Below, one piece after another: positions 1 through 14,410 of a stretch of DNA of 64,000 bases (position 1 is its first letter; each line of letters starts with the position of its first letter). Origin of the DNA: Eledone cirrhosa (Eukaryota); the NCBI GenBank assembly GCA_964016885.1, contig OZ024745.1:70494001-70558000 (forward strand). Direction: 5' to 3'. The notes under the pieces are model-generated. The model saw only the letters and a list, made by a program, of their open reading frames with translations, did no database searches and had not been told where the DNA came from. Made by a program: the position numbers and the translations under genes.

Positions 1-303
1 AGGACACCCGTTTATCTGTTTTTGCTTTAAATGGAATTCAAAATTATTTCAACAATTATATCACGTAATTTATATAGTTATATAAATGTCATTTTGGCAC
101 TTAAAAAACGAGCGTAGTTCAATATATATTTCATTATATTTTCCTTACGGAAATGATAAAACGAGATTACCAAGAAATTTTGTTTATCAAAATTTTGTTT
201 TTATATTTTGTTTTTAAGGAAGTATTTCACACAAAAAACTAATGAAATTCAAGATTCCTATTATGGCGTATTTGCTGCTATCTTTAAGCTTACAGGAATT
301 TGA

Positions 304-304
<1 letters not shown>

Positions 305-342
<38 letters not shown>

Positions 343-400
343 TATGTGTATGTATGTATGTATGTATATATATATGTATGTATGTATATATATATGTATG

Positions 401-479
<79 letters not shown>

Positions 480-526
480 ATATGTATATATATATGTATG
501 TATATATATATATATATATATATATA
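305..526. repeat. (TA)n/(TATG)n compound microsatellite, representative of dozens of TA tracts in the window
   Basis: Seen directly. Similar tracts at 1446-1487, 1799-1874, 3199-3510, 4237-4878, 10666-10805, 24829-25085, 36451-36540, 60761-60937, 62598-63710 and elsewhere. They generate the YIYIYI pseudo-ORFs. Confidence 0.98.
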
Positions 527-830
527 GGTTTACGAAGCTATTCGAAGAGAATTGGAGCAGATTCGGCCGTAACCATACTCACACAATGATATAATGAGGA
601 ATGCACACATACGTTGAACAGTAAGATAAACGACCTCGTGTAAATAATGATATTAGTATACTTAATATTCCAGACCAATGCATGATTTCTACATTCCCTT
701 ATGTCAAAAATAGCTCCAGCTCGAAACACTAATCCTAATAGTTAGGCAATATCAGCAGGAATTGCGTAATCTCGCTCGGAATGCTTCTGAATGGCAAAGA
801 TGAAAAACACTACAATGAAGGTAGTCAATA

Positions 831-944
831 TGTGAGAGTGTGTGGGGGGGGGGCGTGTGTGTGTGTGTGTGTGTGTATATGTTTGTGTGTGGGTGTGTGG
901 GTGTGTGTGTGTGTGCGTGCGTGTGTGTGTCTGTGTCTGTGTCT

Positions 945-1021
<77 letters not shown>
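831..1021. repeat. (TG)n microsatellite
   Basis: Seen directly. Similar tracts at 8406-8540, 9889-10029 and 28103-28159. Confidence 0.97.
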
Positions 1022-1443
1022 GAGGAGAATGCTTAAGGTATCAGCAATAAGTGAACACTAGTATCTTAACTCACCAATATGACAGCAACCAGCATTTTTT
1101 CTCTTATTGCTAAATTTCGTTAACATATACACAATTCTTTAGAACAGATATTTTGTGCTGTTCCTGGATTTTGAAAAGATATAATGTAGTGTTTCTGTTT
1201 ACTTGTATAATCTCCATATCTACTCTGATCATATATATTTATGATGAAAGATGTCAACATGTCATATTTTTGTATATCTAGGATCAATACAAGCTCCAAT
1301 CTGTTGTTCCTTGTTAAAGGAAACAGAAACTGATTGAGGAGAACTTTTACTATAATTTCCAAGTAATAAAAAATGGAAAATAGCTCAGAAATTCGCTACC
1401 CCGACGCAGGATATACTCCTTTACACTTGCTTATCTCTCTCTT

Positions 1444-1479
<36 letters not shown>

Positions 1480-1490
<11 letters not shown>

Positions 1491-1533
1491 CGGTGATGAA
1501 CATTATTCAGCAGCTATGACTTCATCAGACAGC
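1480..1533 (-). ncRNA. Hammerhead ribozyme truncated at or near the cleavage site
   Basis: Minus strand GCTGT-CTGATGA-AGT..ACC-GAAA-TATATATA runs straight into (TA)n. The 3' strand of stem I is absent. Confidence 0.7.
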
Positions 1534-1796
1534 TAGAACTTGAACAGAAACAACAGAAAAACATAATGATGGAATAAAGTTTATCTCTGTTATTTCGATC
1601 TTTTGATATGGCTATATCAATATCAAAAGATCGAGATAACAGAGGTAAACTTTAATCCATCATTATGTTTTTTTCTTTTGTTTAAGCTCAAGCTGTCTGA
1701 TGAGGTCATAGCTGTTAAATAATTGGTATCACCGAAATATATATAACAGCGAATATGTATAAACGAAGTTAATTGGTGTTTGGCTTACACTTCTTG

Positions 1797-1800
<4 letters not shown>
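1488..1800. mobile_element. Fold-back (inverted pseudo-LTR-like) element between two (TA)n tracts
   Basis: 1488-1609 is an imperfect reverse complement of 1620-1737. The right arm continues ~60 nt to the next TA tract. Each arm carries a hammerhead core. Confidence 0.85.
1692..1750 (+). ncRNA. Type I hammerhead ribozyme
   Basis: GCTGT-CTGATGA-GGT..ACC-GAAA-TATATA-TA-ACAGC: stem I GCTGT/ACAGC, canonical core, palindromic stem III, predicted cut after 1745. Confidence 0.88.
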
Positions 1801-1876
<76 letters not shown>

Positions 1877-1951
1877 TCTGTTAACACTACAAACACACAA
1901 CCGAGACTCCCTGATAACAGGACAACTTATTCGACTTTAATGAAACTACAG

Positions 1952-2071
<120 letters not shown>

Positions 2072-3194
2072 GACTACCGAATTCCACTGACAAGCTATTT
2101 ATCCACCTGTCGCAACAGTAAAAAGTATATAAACATAGTTCCGCACTGTGGCACTCGACTCGCTCGGTCTTACGAAGTACGAACTCGAACTAGTTAACCA
2201 CCCGACTTAGGCTGTGCCTATTTTCTTAATTGTTGAAATTATTTGGACATTTCTATTTTGATGTAGAAAATTGAATAACGATCTAAAGTTCTCTTCATGC
2301 CTTCAATTATTTACAAATTTAATCAAGCGTTTAACGTTTCCCGTTTAAGGAATCTGAAGAAAGTGTTGAAAAATATCACTATGTGTGTAACATTTCGACT
2401 ATTCGTACATTAAATTTAACACGATAAACAAATACAAACAAACATGAAAGTGTGTGCATGTCATTTATTGATTTGTTTTTTTATAGAAATGCAATTTACA
2501 TAGTATCTTCATGTTATTAGTACGTGAGGAAATTACATTGAATCTAAACTTAAACCGTACATCTTTATCAACTAACATGATTGATCCTGACAGCTAATAC
2601 GTCATCAATGACGTCACGGCTTTCCAATCATTTTCAGGGGAGATTAATGCCAGCTTAAAATGTAGTTTTTTAAAGATATACTTGAAATCTATGATATCAG
2701 CTTTAAAAAGATGTCTATTGCACTGTTATTCTTTTCTTATTGTATACTCGGTAGTAAAATATTTATTGATAACTTTAAGTGTTTTAGAGGGAACGGTATA
2801 AGGGATGGTATTTGACATGTACGATTTTCAAAGGAAATTATCGAAATGGTGTTGCTTATCAATATCGCCCCTTCTCCGTTTAACAAATGTATTTCTTTAA
2901 TGGCCTTTATTTTGTTCTTATACGATCTGGTCTTCTACCAATTTGACCCAAACTCAAACAAGATACTTGTTTTTCGCACACTTGTCAGCTATAGTATCAC
3001 CAACGTCTCATAAAGTCCCGCAATAATCTCCAAACCTTCCTCCTCAAACATCATCCTATTGAAATACTCTACAACGACATTTTGTCGATTTGGGGAGTTG
3101 TTCAAGTATGACATCAAGACCATTCATCTCACAGAGTTTCTGCGATAATCGTAAACATATCCGGCGATCATCTAGGCTAAACAAGTACAAATGT

Positions 3195-3284
<90 letters not shown>

Positions 3285-3307
3285 GATAGATAGGTAGATA
3301 GATAGAA

Positions 3308-3393
<86 letters not shown>

Positions 3394-3464
3394 TTATTTA
3401 TATATATATATAAATATATATATACATATATGTATATATGCATATATATATATACATATATGTA

Positions 3465-3514
<50 letters not shown>

Positions 3515-3641
3515 AAGTTTTATTTAAATTGTTGGGTTACAACGAGTAAATATTTATAACTGATATAAAAGCACTCAACAAGTATTTGGAGTATATTTAC
3601 GATATTAAATAAATGGAAACTATATTTATAAAACCATATTT

Positions 3642-3705
3642 ATTTCATTATATATATTTCAGGGATATCATATTAAAAATATGGTATGCCTTCTTCAGAC
3701 AAAAT
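3642..3705 (-). ncRNA. Type I hammerhead ribozyme (inverted copy)
   Basis: Reverse complement of 3877-3940. Confidence 0.85.
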
Positions 3706-3876
3706 ACAATATAAACAGTCTTATAAATAGATAGATTTGACATATCTTACAACTTCAACTTCCATTTAAAAAGTTGATTTGGTAGTTGATTTGGTACTAC
3801 CAAATCAACTTTTTAAATGGAAGTTGAAGTTGTAAGGTATGTCAAATCTATCTATTTATAAGACTGTTTATATTGT

Positions 3877-3940
3877 ATTTTGTCTGAAGAAGGCATACCA
3901 TATTTTTAATATGATATCCCTGAAATATATATAATGAAAT
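3877..3940 (+). ncRNA. Type I hammerhead ribozyme
   Basis: ATTTTGT-CTGAAGA-AGG..CCT-GAAA-TATATA-TA-ATGAAAT, with a 7-bp stem I containing two G.U pairs. Confidence 0.85.
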
Positions 3941-4232
3941 AAATATGGTTTTATAAATATAGTTTCCATTTATTTAATATCGTATATATATATATATATA
4001 TTTGAGAGTGTATAAAGATGAAACTAGGGCGCTGTATAATAAATTGTAGTTTTCGTGGCAATGATTAGATAATATTGTACGTTAGGTATTAAGAAAGAAA
4101 GAAAGTTGGAAGGAAGAAACTGGAATTGAACTCACCAATAACGTTTCCACATGAGGGTAGTGATTGTTTTTCCCATTTATCTCTGGAATATTCCCAACAT
4201 AATGTAATTCTTATTCAACATTTCGCAACCGT

Positions 4233-4314
<82 letters not shown>

Positions 4315-4320
4315 ACTATG

Positions 4321-4445
<125 letters not shown>

Positions 4446-4475
4446 CGTATATATATACATAGTTACATATATATT

Positions 4476-4536
<61 letters not shown>

Positions 4537-4553
4537 ATATATATGTATATATA

Positions 4554-4620
<67 letters not shown>

Positions 4621-4766
4621 GTGTGTAAATATATATATATATATACATAAATAGATATAAATATATATGTAATTATGTATATATATATATGTGTATATAT
4701 ATATATATATATAAATATATATACATATATATATATAAATATATATATAAATATATATATATATAC

Positions 4767-4821
<55 letters not shown>

Positions 4822-4834
4822 TATATGTATATAC

Positions 4835-4890
<56 letters not shown>

Positions 4891-5340
4891 CTGTCTGTGT
4901 GTTTGTGTGAGTGTGTGTAAAAAATTGTGATTCTCATGTGTATAGTTTTATGTTTGCGTCCCTTGGCCAAGTGTTAATCATAAATATTGGATTTGTTCCT
5001 TCTCTATTTGTGAATGCATCATATTGTATTGTATTCTAATCAAATCAGCATTTATAACCTTATTTATAAATTCACCAGGGTCTGGATAAAAGGACCCATT
5101 GTGAATATTATGAAATAGATTGATTAACTGATAAATAGAGTGGTGATGAAAAACAACTATGGTAGTTATAGGAATGCGTGTATGTGGGTTCAGGTAATTA
5201 GATATATAACAGAACTGACCACAAGTGTTATTAGGTTGGTCATATTAGTTAATAACACGATCGATATGTGATCAAATGTGATACAATTATATATATATAT
5301 ATATATATGTGTATGTGGGTGTATGCATATATATATATAT

Positions 5341-5538
5341 ATAACGAAGGCAATGTGGTAAGGAACCAGGTGGACCATAACGCACCAAAGTACTCAATAC
5401 TTAGGGTAGTAGAGTGGGTAATAGGAACCAGTAAGACCCCGACGGCTGAGCTCAAGCCGTTTCGACGACTAATTCTGGACCAGAATTAGCCGTCGAAACG
5501 GCTTGAGCTCAGCCGTCGGGGTCTTACTGGTTCCTATA
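5341..5538. mobile_element. Family A fold-back mini-element (3' half of a hammerhead on both arms)
   Basis: Palindrome centred at ~5479 (CTGG-A-CCAG). Arms carry GAAAC-GGCT..AGCC-GTC-GGGG. Flanked by TA tracts. Confidence 0.85.
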
Positions 5539-5635
5539 TATATATATATATGTGTGTGTGTGTATGTGTGTACTATTATTATAATAATTATTATTATTAT
5601 TATTATTATAATAATTATTATTATTATTATAAAAA

Positions 5636-5821
5636 TTGGCAGTATCGGTGGAGAGTCGGACGCCATGCTTTCCAGCATAGTTACGTCCCTTTACGATCTG
5701 AGTTCAAATCCTACCGAGGTTGACTTTGTCTTTCATCCTTACGGGGTCGATAAAATAAAGTACCAGTAATGCACTGGGTAATCGCTGGCCTTGTGCCAAA
5801 AGTAGAAACAATTATTATTAT
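5636..5821 (+). mobile_element. tRNA-derived SINE (family B, ATT tail)
   Basis: TGGCAGTATCGG A-box-like and GAGTTCAAATCC B-box, then the CTTTCATCCTTACGGGGTCGATAAAATAAAGTACCAG body and an ATT tail. Multi-copy in this window. Confidence 0.85.
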
Positions 5822-8304
5822 AAAAAAGATTCATAGACAGTGGAGGCGAACATAGAACATAGAAAATGATACACAGACGAGACAATGAAGGTAGCAATGG
5901 GCAGATAAATATGAAAGAAAGTACATGACCCGGTCATAGCCTTATATATATGTGTGTGTGTGTGTATGTGTGTGTATGGGGGGGGGGTAATAGATAGATG
6001 TGAATATCGTCCTATTCAAGACTTTATAAACATGTGCAGCCATTTCCAAGCGTTATACTAACACAGAAATAAACTTTTATAGCAACCTAATATTTCTTTG
6101 GTATGGAAGTGTTTTCCAGTTTATGTCTTACGTTTTACTCTCAGAAAAGTCATCACCGTAGTGCACAGCATGTAATTCAAATGATATCGGAATGAAGATA
6201 ATTAATAATATAGACCAAGTGTTTTCATTAACTGTTTTATATGTCTAACACCTGAGTTGTTATTTTACGGAGCAGTATAAACGTCTCTGCCGATATGTCT
6301 CTAGCCCTATGTGTACGGTTAAGATATTCTTTATATGCGAGCATGTGTATATTTGTTAGTGTCTTTACTTGATTGGATTGATACATGTGTGTAAATGTCG
6401 CACTGTGGGCCTGATTAGATGTATACCCATATCAATATGTCTACGAGAATTGCGAGCTAGTTGTTGGTATGTTTATTTTTAAGAAAGTTAGTCACCTTAA
6501 CTTCGTTACTAAATATATACAAATTAATATTTCAAAAGAAAGAAGACCATTTATGAAATGAAAACGCAGATGAATCTTTGTTTCATTAGGATTTCATATT
6601 TCCTTTATTAGACATCTTTACGAAGTCTATGGAAGAATTTATTGATTTTAAAAGAAACGAAATCTCCCGAAGAGCTATGTTATGGCGAAACTAATGAAAT
6701 TGTAACAAAAGTATATTCGCTTAATATATTTATACTCAAATGTGAGTGTACGTGACATAATTATATGTCAGTGTTTGTCTATCTATGTCATAGATAGAGG
6801 GCTTACACATATAATTTGATTTCAGGGAAAGGTAATTTAGATGTTCATATAAAATGTGTTAAAAATAGAAACAATACTTCGAAGACATACATTTCCTTCA
6901 TGCTCACATCCAGTGCATTAATAAATTTCAAAAGTAGAAGAGCAACAGAATGATAGAAACGTAAATATGTTACACAAATGCCTTTTAATATTTAACTACA
7001 TATATTCATGTCCTGAATTCAAATCCCACCGGCTACGACGACATAAACAATTAGACTCTCTTATGGTCCGGAGTACATTTTTGCATGCTTATTAACATTA
7101 ACAAATACATTCTGGGAATTTTAGCTATAATTCCTCACACTGCCTAATCGACTAATCGATTTCATTCTTGTGGGGCATCCCCCAGCTAAATCAATATAAG
7201 TTATCGTATGTAACAATAAAACTACTGTTCATGGTTTCCTTTCTAAGCCAAAACAACATTGACTAAATAGGCTCATGACGAAAGGTATAATAACCTACCT
7301 CACCCAATACACACACCCTTTACAAGACAGTAACGTTTACGTTTATGGAGATTTGGCTAATATTTTGTTATCTCGTAAAAAATGAATGGAATTGGCAGCC
7401 GACGTTTTCCATAATCAATGTTCCGGTTGTTCAATCAATAAAACTGTCTATTCGGGAAATTGACGTGCAAGTAGTTGAGCATCTCAAAGAACCGTGTAGT
7501 CCTAACTTAATTATTTGGGTCATCCAGCAAGTCCCTGTGTTTAACAATATTGCTCCGTTGAATTACAGGTACAGTCCATTCAAAAAGCTTTCATTTTACG
7601 TCTATGCAATTTCTAACATGCTGCGTCCCCAGCTGGCTCTTAAAGAGGTTTAGTGCAATATATGGCGTAAAATGACCTCTAACTTAGACAATATATACCA
7701 TTTATTTACAGAGTTGGATTGAGTAAATCTGTTGTTACATTATTGTAGCTATGGTTAGATTTAACTTCTAGAAGAAACCATTGTTCTCCACACAGAATGG
7801 AACTAAAAGAGATCACATCAATAATGAAAGAAAACTAAATAGAACATTTTTAATAGACTGGGAAGCCTTCAGGTTATATTCTCTTTTTGAATCTATTTTA
7901 CCATTAGTTTTTAATTGAATTAGATTTACGTAACTTTTCTTTCCCTATTATTTTATAGAGGGAAGAAAAGGAAAAATATGTTTTAATAACTATTTCGGGA
8001 AAGATTAATATTGTAGCCATTTTCGTAGCCATCTATAGTGTTCTATCAGCTAATATGAATACATACACACACACATATATACGGATATATTTGTGACTAT
8101 ATATACGTGCGTGGGAAAGTGTGCGTGTATCATACACATTCTTTTCTGAAAAAGTCATTTTCTTCATGACTCTCGGAAAAAGAATTTAAATTGTAGACAC
8201 ACATGAATTCACTCGCAAACGGGCACACACACACACACGCACATACCATATACATAAATATATGGGCACAGAACAAAGACAATGATAAAAACAACGGAAA
8301 AAAC

Positions 8305-8336
<32 letters not shown>

Positions 8337-8394
8337 ATATATATAAATTTTTACGTTGTTTTCTTTCCATTGTCTTTGTCCTGTGCTATTTTGA

Positions 8395-8445
<51 letters not shown>

Positions 8446-8952
8446 TGTGTGTGTGTGTGTATGTGTGTGTGTGCGTGTGTGTGTGTGGGTGTATGTGCGT
8501 GGGTGTGTGTGTGTGTGTGTGTGCGTGTGCGTGTGTGTGTTCAGAAAGGGAGAAATAATCATTCATATCAGTTTTTTAAATATAGAAGGAACAAATCAAG
8601 ACATACTACATTGAAAAAAGAATAGTTATACAAATCTATACCCTGCCTGTGGCTGATGAGATGTCAGCCAGGTAGACATTACGCCTCAAGCATTGCCCTT
8701 TTCAGAGATTGTACTATGTGTTATCCATATGATCTGTCAACCAACAACACTCTGCTTTACTCGCCACGTGTTACAACCTAAATATAGAATAATTGAAAAA
8801 GTGTATAAAAAATTATGTGTTTTTTTTTTTTTTACTTTCGAAATATTCCCTGCCTGTCACTTTTGCGGACTAAATAATTAATATTCAAACCTGAAGGTTT
8901 TCCTATTCCCGTAGAATTTCTGACCCATATAGAAAACGAATAGAGTTTTTTG

Positions 8953-9141
8953 TAATAATTGTTTCTACTTTTGGCACAAGGCCAGCAATTATCCCAGTGT
9001 ATTACTGGTACTTTATTTTATCGAACCCGTAAGGATGAAAGGCAAAGTTAACCTTGGCGGGATTTGAACTCAGAACGTTAAGGGACGTAACTCTTCTGTA
9101 AAGCATGACGTCCGACCCTCTATCGATACTGCCAAACCACC
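8953..9141 (-). mobile_element. tRNA-derived SINE (family B)
   Basis: Reverse complement of the family B sequence. Confidence 0.85.
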
Positions 9142-9789
9142 TTATTATTTCATCTGGTTGAAATATATTCGTCATTTACTAAAGATATACATGCCTGTGC
9201 CTGTGCCTATGTATTGACATGGCATCAGCTAATACAATCGCTACACAGAGTTTCCTCACACGTGCATAACGGTTCTCTTAGTTGATATAAATTTCTTTAG
9301 CGATATAAATATGGATTCCTCTAATAGGGTGACAGGGAAATTTGCAGTTTCGCCTAAGAGCTTCTTTAGCCTGACGAAGCTAGTCTCAAGGAAACTTGCC
9401 AAGTCATAGGGCCACCTTTTCCCGATAACAATAAAATCGAAACAATATTCTCTGTATTGTGTGCTTTTTTCAATCAAAATTTGAATGGCTTTAAATATAT
9501 GGTTGTAAGCAATGCACATTTATTGTGAATGTGTATATGTGTTTATCTCTGGGTGTGTGCCGGTGTGTGTATTTATGTGTGTATTTGTCTGTCTGTCTGC
9601 GTGCATGTGTTTTGTGTCATGTTTGTTGGTGTCTTTCTCCCTCTCCCTCTCTCTCTCGCTCTCTTTCTCCCTCTCTCTTTCTCCCTCCATCTCTCTCTCT
9701 CTATCTCTATCTCTATCTCACTGTGTTTGTGTGTGTGTCTGTGGAATTCCCACTGGAACTATCTTGTTAAGTCTCACTATGAGAGAATT

Positions 9790-9878
9790 TGGATACGTAT
9801 TTTCTTCTATAGACTTGGCTTAGGCAGTCACCTGTGAGTTAAGTTTGGTAGACTGAAACTGGAGAGAAGCCATTCATG

Positions 9879-9882
<4 letters not shown>
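9790..9882 (+). mobile_element. Degenerate SINE fragment
   Basis: TTGGTAGACTGAAACTGGAGAGAAGCC ahead of a TA/TG tract. A related reverse fragment lies at ~55470-55530. The family is recognised from memory only. Confidence 0.4.
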
Positions 9883-9934
<52 letters not shown>

Positions 9935-9937
9935 TGT

Positions 9938-10032
<95 letters not shown>

Positions 10033-10198
10033 CATGTATACAGATCAGTATTCTGATGATTTGTTCGGGTATCGACTCTAATTAAAATCGAGTGACGTAG
10101 CCTCTTACTAACAGCCATTTTTTAGGCACACCGAACTAATGTAACAATACTTTGAATAAACCCTATTCTACAGCCGACCACGTTATTCTTCACTCATT

Positions 10199-10240
<42 letters not shown>

Positions 10241-10463
10241 TTTGGTAGTGGTATGGGTATCTATGTTTCCGTCTAACTAGCGTTTCGACAAATGAAAATC
10301 AATCAAATATTACTAGCCGTCACAACACTAAGTACTGGAATCACTATGATCAACTGAATACCTCTATGATGGGATCCAGATTAACCACAATCTGACTTTA
10401 AACCACTAAAACAATAACAGGAAATAATGTATGCATTTATGTATGCAAGTATATATATATATA

Positions 10464-10807
<344 letters not shown>

Positions 10808-11031
10808 GTTGGATTGAAATACTTCAAATATTTGATCTAATATTTTCGGAAATATTTGGTTATATTCTGTAGAGATTTTTAAATTAACATCTATGATTCA
10901 TGTAGTAAAACGTTTGCTACGTATTCATAAATGAGGTACTCCACTAAATATGTTACATACTTCGAGAATATCTTAGTTATTAAAGCGAACATAACAGAAA
11001 TAACACGCAGTCTATATGGTTTAGTATTATA

Positions 11032-11162
11032 CAGTTACGTCCCTTTACGGACTGAGTTCAAATCGCGCCGAGGTTCACTTTGCCTTTCAGGGTCGATAAA
11101 ATAAAGTACCATTAATACACTGGGATAATTGCTGGCCTTGTGCCGACAGTAGAAACGATTAT
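11032..11162 (+). mobile_element. SINE family B, 5'-truncated
   Basis: B-box GAGTTCAAATC plus the body and 3' end. Confidence 0.8.
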
Positions 11163-11235
11163 TTATACAGAAATTTACTCGTAAATGCTACGAAACATCT
11201 CTCGTCGTCTTCTTCTTCTTCTTCTTCTTCTTCTT

Positions 11236-11266
<31 letters not shown>

Positions 11267-11273
11267 TGCTTAC

Positions 11274-11321
<48 letters not shown>

Positions 11322-11526
11322 GGGCGGTGGATTGGCAGTATCGGTAGAGGGTCGGACGTCACGCTTTGACGCAAAGAGTTACGGCTCTTTCCATTCTGAG
11401 TTCAAATCCCGCCGAGGTTATCTTTGCCTTTCATCCTTACGGGATCGATAAAATACAGTACCAGTAATACACTGGGGTAATTGCTGGCCTTGTGCCAAAA
11501 GTAGAAACAATTATTATTATTATTAT
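11322..11526 (+). mobile_element. SINE family B, full length, following (CTT)n(ATT)n
   Basis: GGCGGTGGATTGGCAGTATCGG...GAGTTCAAATCCC...AGTAGAAACAATTATT. Confidence 0.87.
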
Positions 11527-11821
11527 TCATCCAACCACGACTCCAGAAGATCCTACTGTCTCAAATTGATCTGGTTTCATCCTTAATCGTGAGCAAACGA
11601 ACTCGTAGATGTTATCCAAGAATCTTCCCGGTCTCCTGCCAACTGGCTGTGAAATCAGTCCAGCGTTAACCGAGCTATGTATTCTAAGGAGTAATCACAT
11701 CGCAAATAAGCCTCATATTTGGTGACCGTATCGCCATAGGATACCAGTGTCACGTTCATTAACAGAAAAACTCTTCCGAGGAATATTGAACATTTTGAAC
11801 TACGTTAAATCATTTTCATAT

Positions 11822-11867
<46 letters not shown>

Positions 11868-11870
<3 letters not shown>

Positions 11871-12062
11871 CGAAGGAAATGTGGTAAGGAACCAGGTGGA
11901 CCATAACGCACCAAAGTACTCAATACTTAGAGTGGGTAATAGGAACGAGTAGGACCCCGACGGCTGAGCTCAAGCCGTATCGACGGCTAATTCTGGACGC
12001 AGAGTTCAGAATTAGCCGTCGAAACGGCTTGAGCTCAGCCGTCGGGGTCCTACTCGTTCCTA
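11868..12062. mobile_element. Family A fold-back mini-element
   Basis: Same family, centre ~12001, TA flanks. Confidence 0.85.
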
Positions 12063-13705
12063 TATATATATGGGGTTGTATGATTCAGTATCTATGCATT
12101 ATGTAATGGGAAGTATGCCATTATTTAGCTGTACATATGAAACGTGTGAGTCTTTCATTGGATCTAGACTATCAAGATCAGAGTTACATTGTTGGTAGAA
12201 CGTATAATAGGATAACATATAATACAAACTGTCCGTGTTATACTAGATGATAAGAATTAAGCAATGCTGGAAGCTTCGTTTTCTCATACGACAATAAAAG
12301 CTAAGCTTTTATTCAGAGAATAATTTTTGTGGATTCTTTTTATGGAGCTTATTCTGTAGCATTTTCTTTTTTCCTGCTGGTGTCGCAGAAGTAGAATATT
12401 AGTAGTGAGTAATATTGGGAGTGGTAGAAAGGAAAATGTGGAAGGAACAAGAATCGAAGTGTCATAAAAACAGGTAAAATGTTAGTTCGAGAGACGTAAT
12501 CGTAAATTTCAAACACTATTTCCTTTTTATTCATCAGGATGGGCTATAAGGTTTTGCAGATATTACCGACGCCCAGTTCGTATTACGATAGAGCATAAAC
12601 ATACACAGCAAATATTTCTCTTGCGTTTTTTTCACGTAAAGTTTAGAGAATGAGCGTTTATTTAATTATTTCATCTCATGATTTAGAGTGATTATTAAAT
12701 ATACAATTCAAATAACAAAATATAATTGTTGTCCACCAATTGAATAGAGATGATAAGGAAATACAAGAAATGTTGTAAATATTAATATATCCGTTTCATA
12801 GAAATAAAAGGTAGACGCGAAAGCTGTAGAAATGAATTACAACACTATGTCAAATCACAATGTCATTTCAAAAATGTTCCGGTCATACTCCTGGCTATAT
12901 AAATGAAAATACGAGTCGTAGAATCTGATATTTCTGTCTTTCAGGGAACAATTAAAATAAAAATGCAAGGAACCTATGATATAATACTGAGAGTCCAACA
13001 AAAAATGTTGTTTCGTTCTTAAAACAAACATTACATTTTGTTGGACTGAACGTTTAAATAATATACACTTTCACACACCAAAACACACACAAATACACAC
13101 ACAAATACACACATATATACACACACATATACACACATGCACACACATACATACACATGTGTGTATGTCTTTGTTTGTGTTGGTGTGTGTACGCGTGTGT
13201 GTACGCGTGTGTCTGAGTGTATCTATGTATATATTCATGTAGTGTAATTTCAGTTTACATTCGCCCATGCAACTATGTCTGGTATAAAGAAATTCGTTTA
13301 AAAGGATGTCATTTTGATGAGAACTAAATTACTATGTATTTAATTACACAATTTTAGTAAATATCAGTTTCTCTCATAAGCAAATATGAACATATATTTC
13401 GTTCGTTCGTAACAAAATTAGTATATAATCCTAATTTCGAGACGAATTGTTATAGTTGTCACACATATTTTGATAATATAATTGTTATTCTCAGACATTA
13501 GTTCATAAACTAACTGACATTCTAGTATTTTTCATCTCTTAAAAGTAACTTTTAAAATTAAATTGCGTTTGTTTCTGAAAAGAAGGCGGGAGTAAGACAT
13601 TCTAGATGCTAACACTCCGTAGTAGCTTTTTCTATTGAAATGCTTTACTAGTGTGCACATCTACTGCAACTACTTCTACGTCTTAACCGATGTTTTGTAT
13701 CATTA

Positions 13706-14017
13706 CAGGGTGACCATGACTTAACTGATGAGTGTTGATCGTTAGTAGCAAGTAACATCAGCGCGTGGGATTCTCCATATTTCGACGCAGTTTTCGCATC
13801 GGTTCATTGTAGCTGTGATTGCAATTCGAATGTGCTGGACTGGAATTATCCCGATGGTGTTAGTGATTTTCTTCTATAGATATTTTAAATATTAACGGTT
13901 TTGTTTACTTCTTCAACAACAACAACAACAACAACAACAAAAAAAAATACTTAGGATCACAGAAGATTTTCGAAAATCCCCGCCAATATCATCATTCAGT
14001 GAAGTTTGGTCACCTTG
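13706..14017. mobile_element. Tc1/mariner-superfamily deletion derivative (MITE-sized)
   Basis: TA|CAGGGTGACCATGACTTAACTGA ... TCAGTGAAGTTTGGTCACCTTG|TA gives imperfect ~22-bp TIRs with TA target sites. The minus strand reads KITNTIGIIPVQHIRIAITATMNRCENCV, resembling a transposase C-terminus. Confidence 0.65.
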
Positions 14018-14245
14018 TATTTGTTCATGCTTGTCATCATTGTTTCATTATTCATGCACATCAATCACATCGCTAACTGTTGGAGGACGCTTGGTTGGTA
14101 CATTTCTTTCTCGTTATGATCTAGGCAATTGTTAACTATTCATAAATAAAACTGATGTATATATATGCAAATATTTATATTCAAGAATATATATATAAGT
14201 ATAAACTTACTTCTAAATATAACACTATATATATATATACATATA

Positions 14246-14317
<72 letters not shown>

Positions 14318-14325
14318 TATATATG

Positions 14326-14410
<85 letters not shown>

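Larger units (their letters stand above)
3511..3985. mobile_element. Fold-back element with ~190-bp near-perfect arms and a tail on the left arm
   Basis: 3598-3786 is the reverse complement of 3796-3984 with a 9-nt loop. The left arm extends to the TA tract at ~3510 and the right arm ends in TA. Confidence 0.88.

Noticed and set aside
2590-2860. Possible DNA-transposon subterminal region (TGACGTCA motifs)
   Set aside because: No TIR pair or TSD could be identified.
8645-8675. CTGATGA in a small hairpin
   Set aside because: There is no stem II-GAAA-stem III arrangement downstream. The same applies to CTGATGA at ~13727 and, on the minus strand, ~12531.
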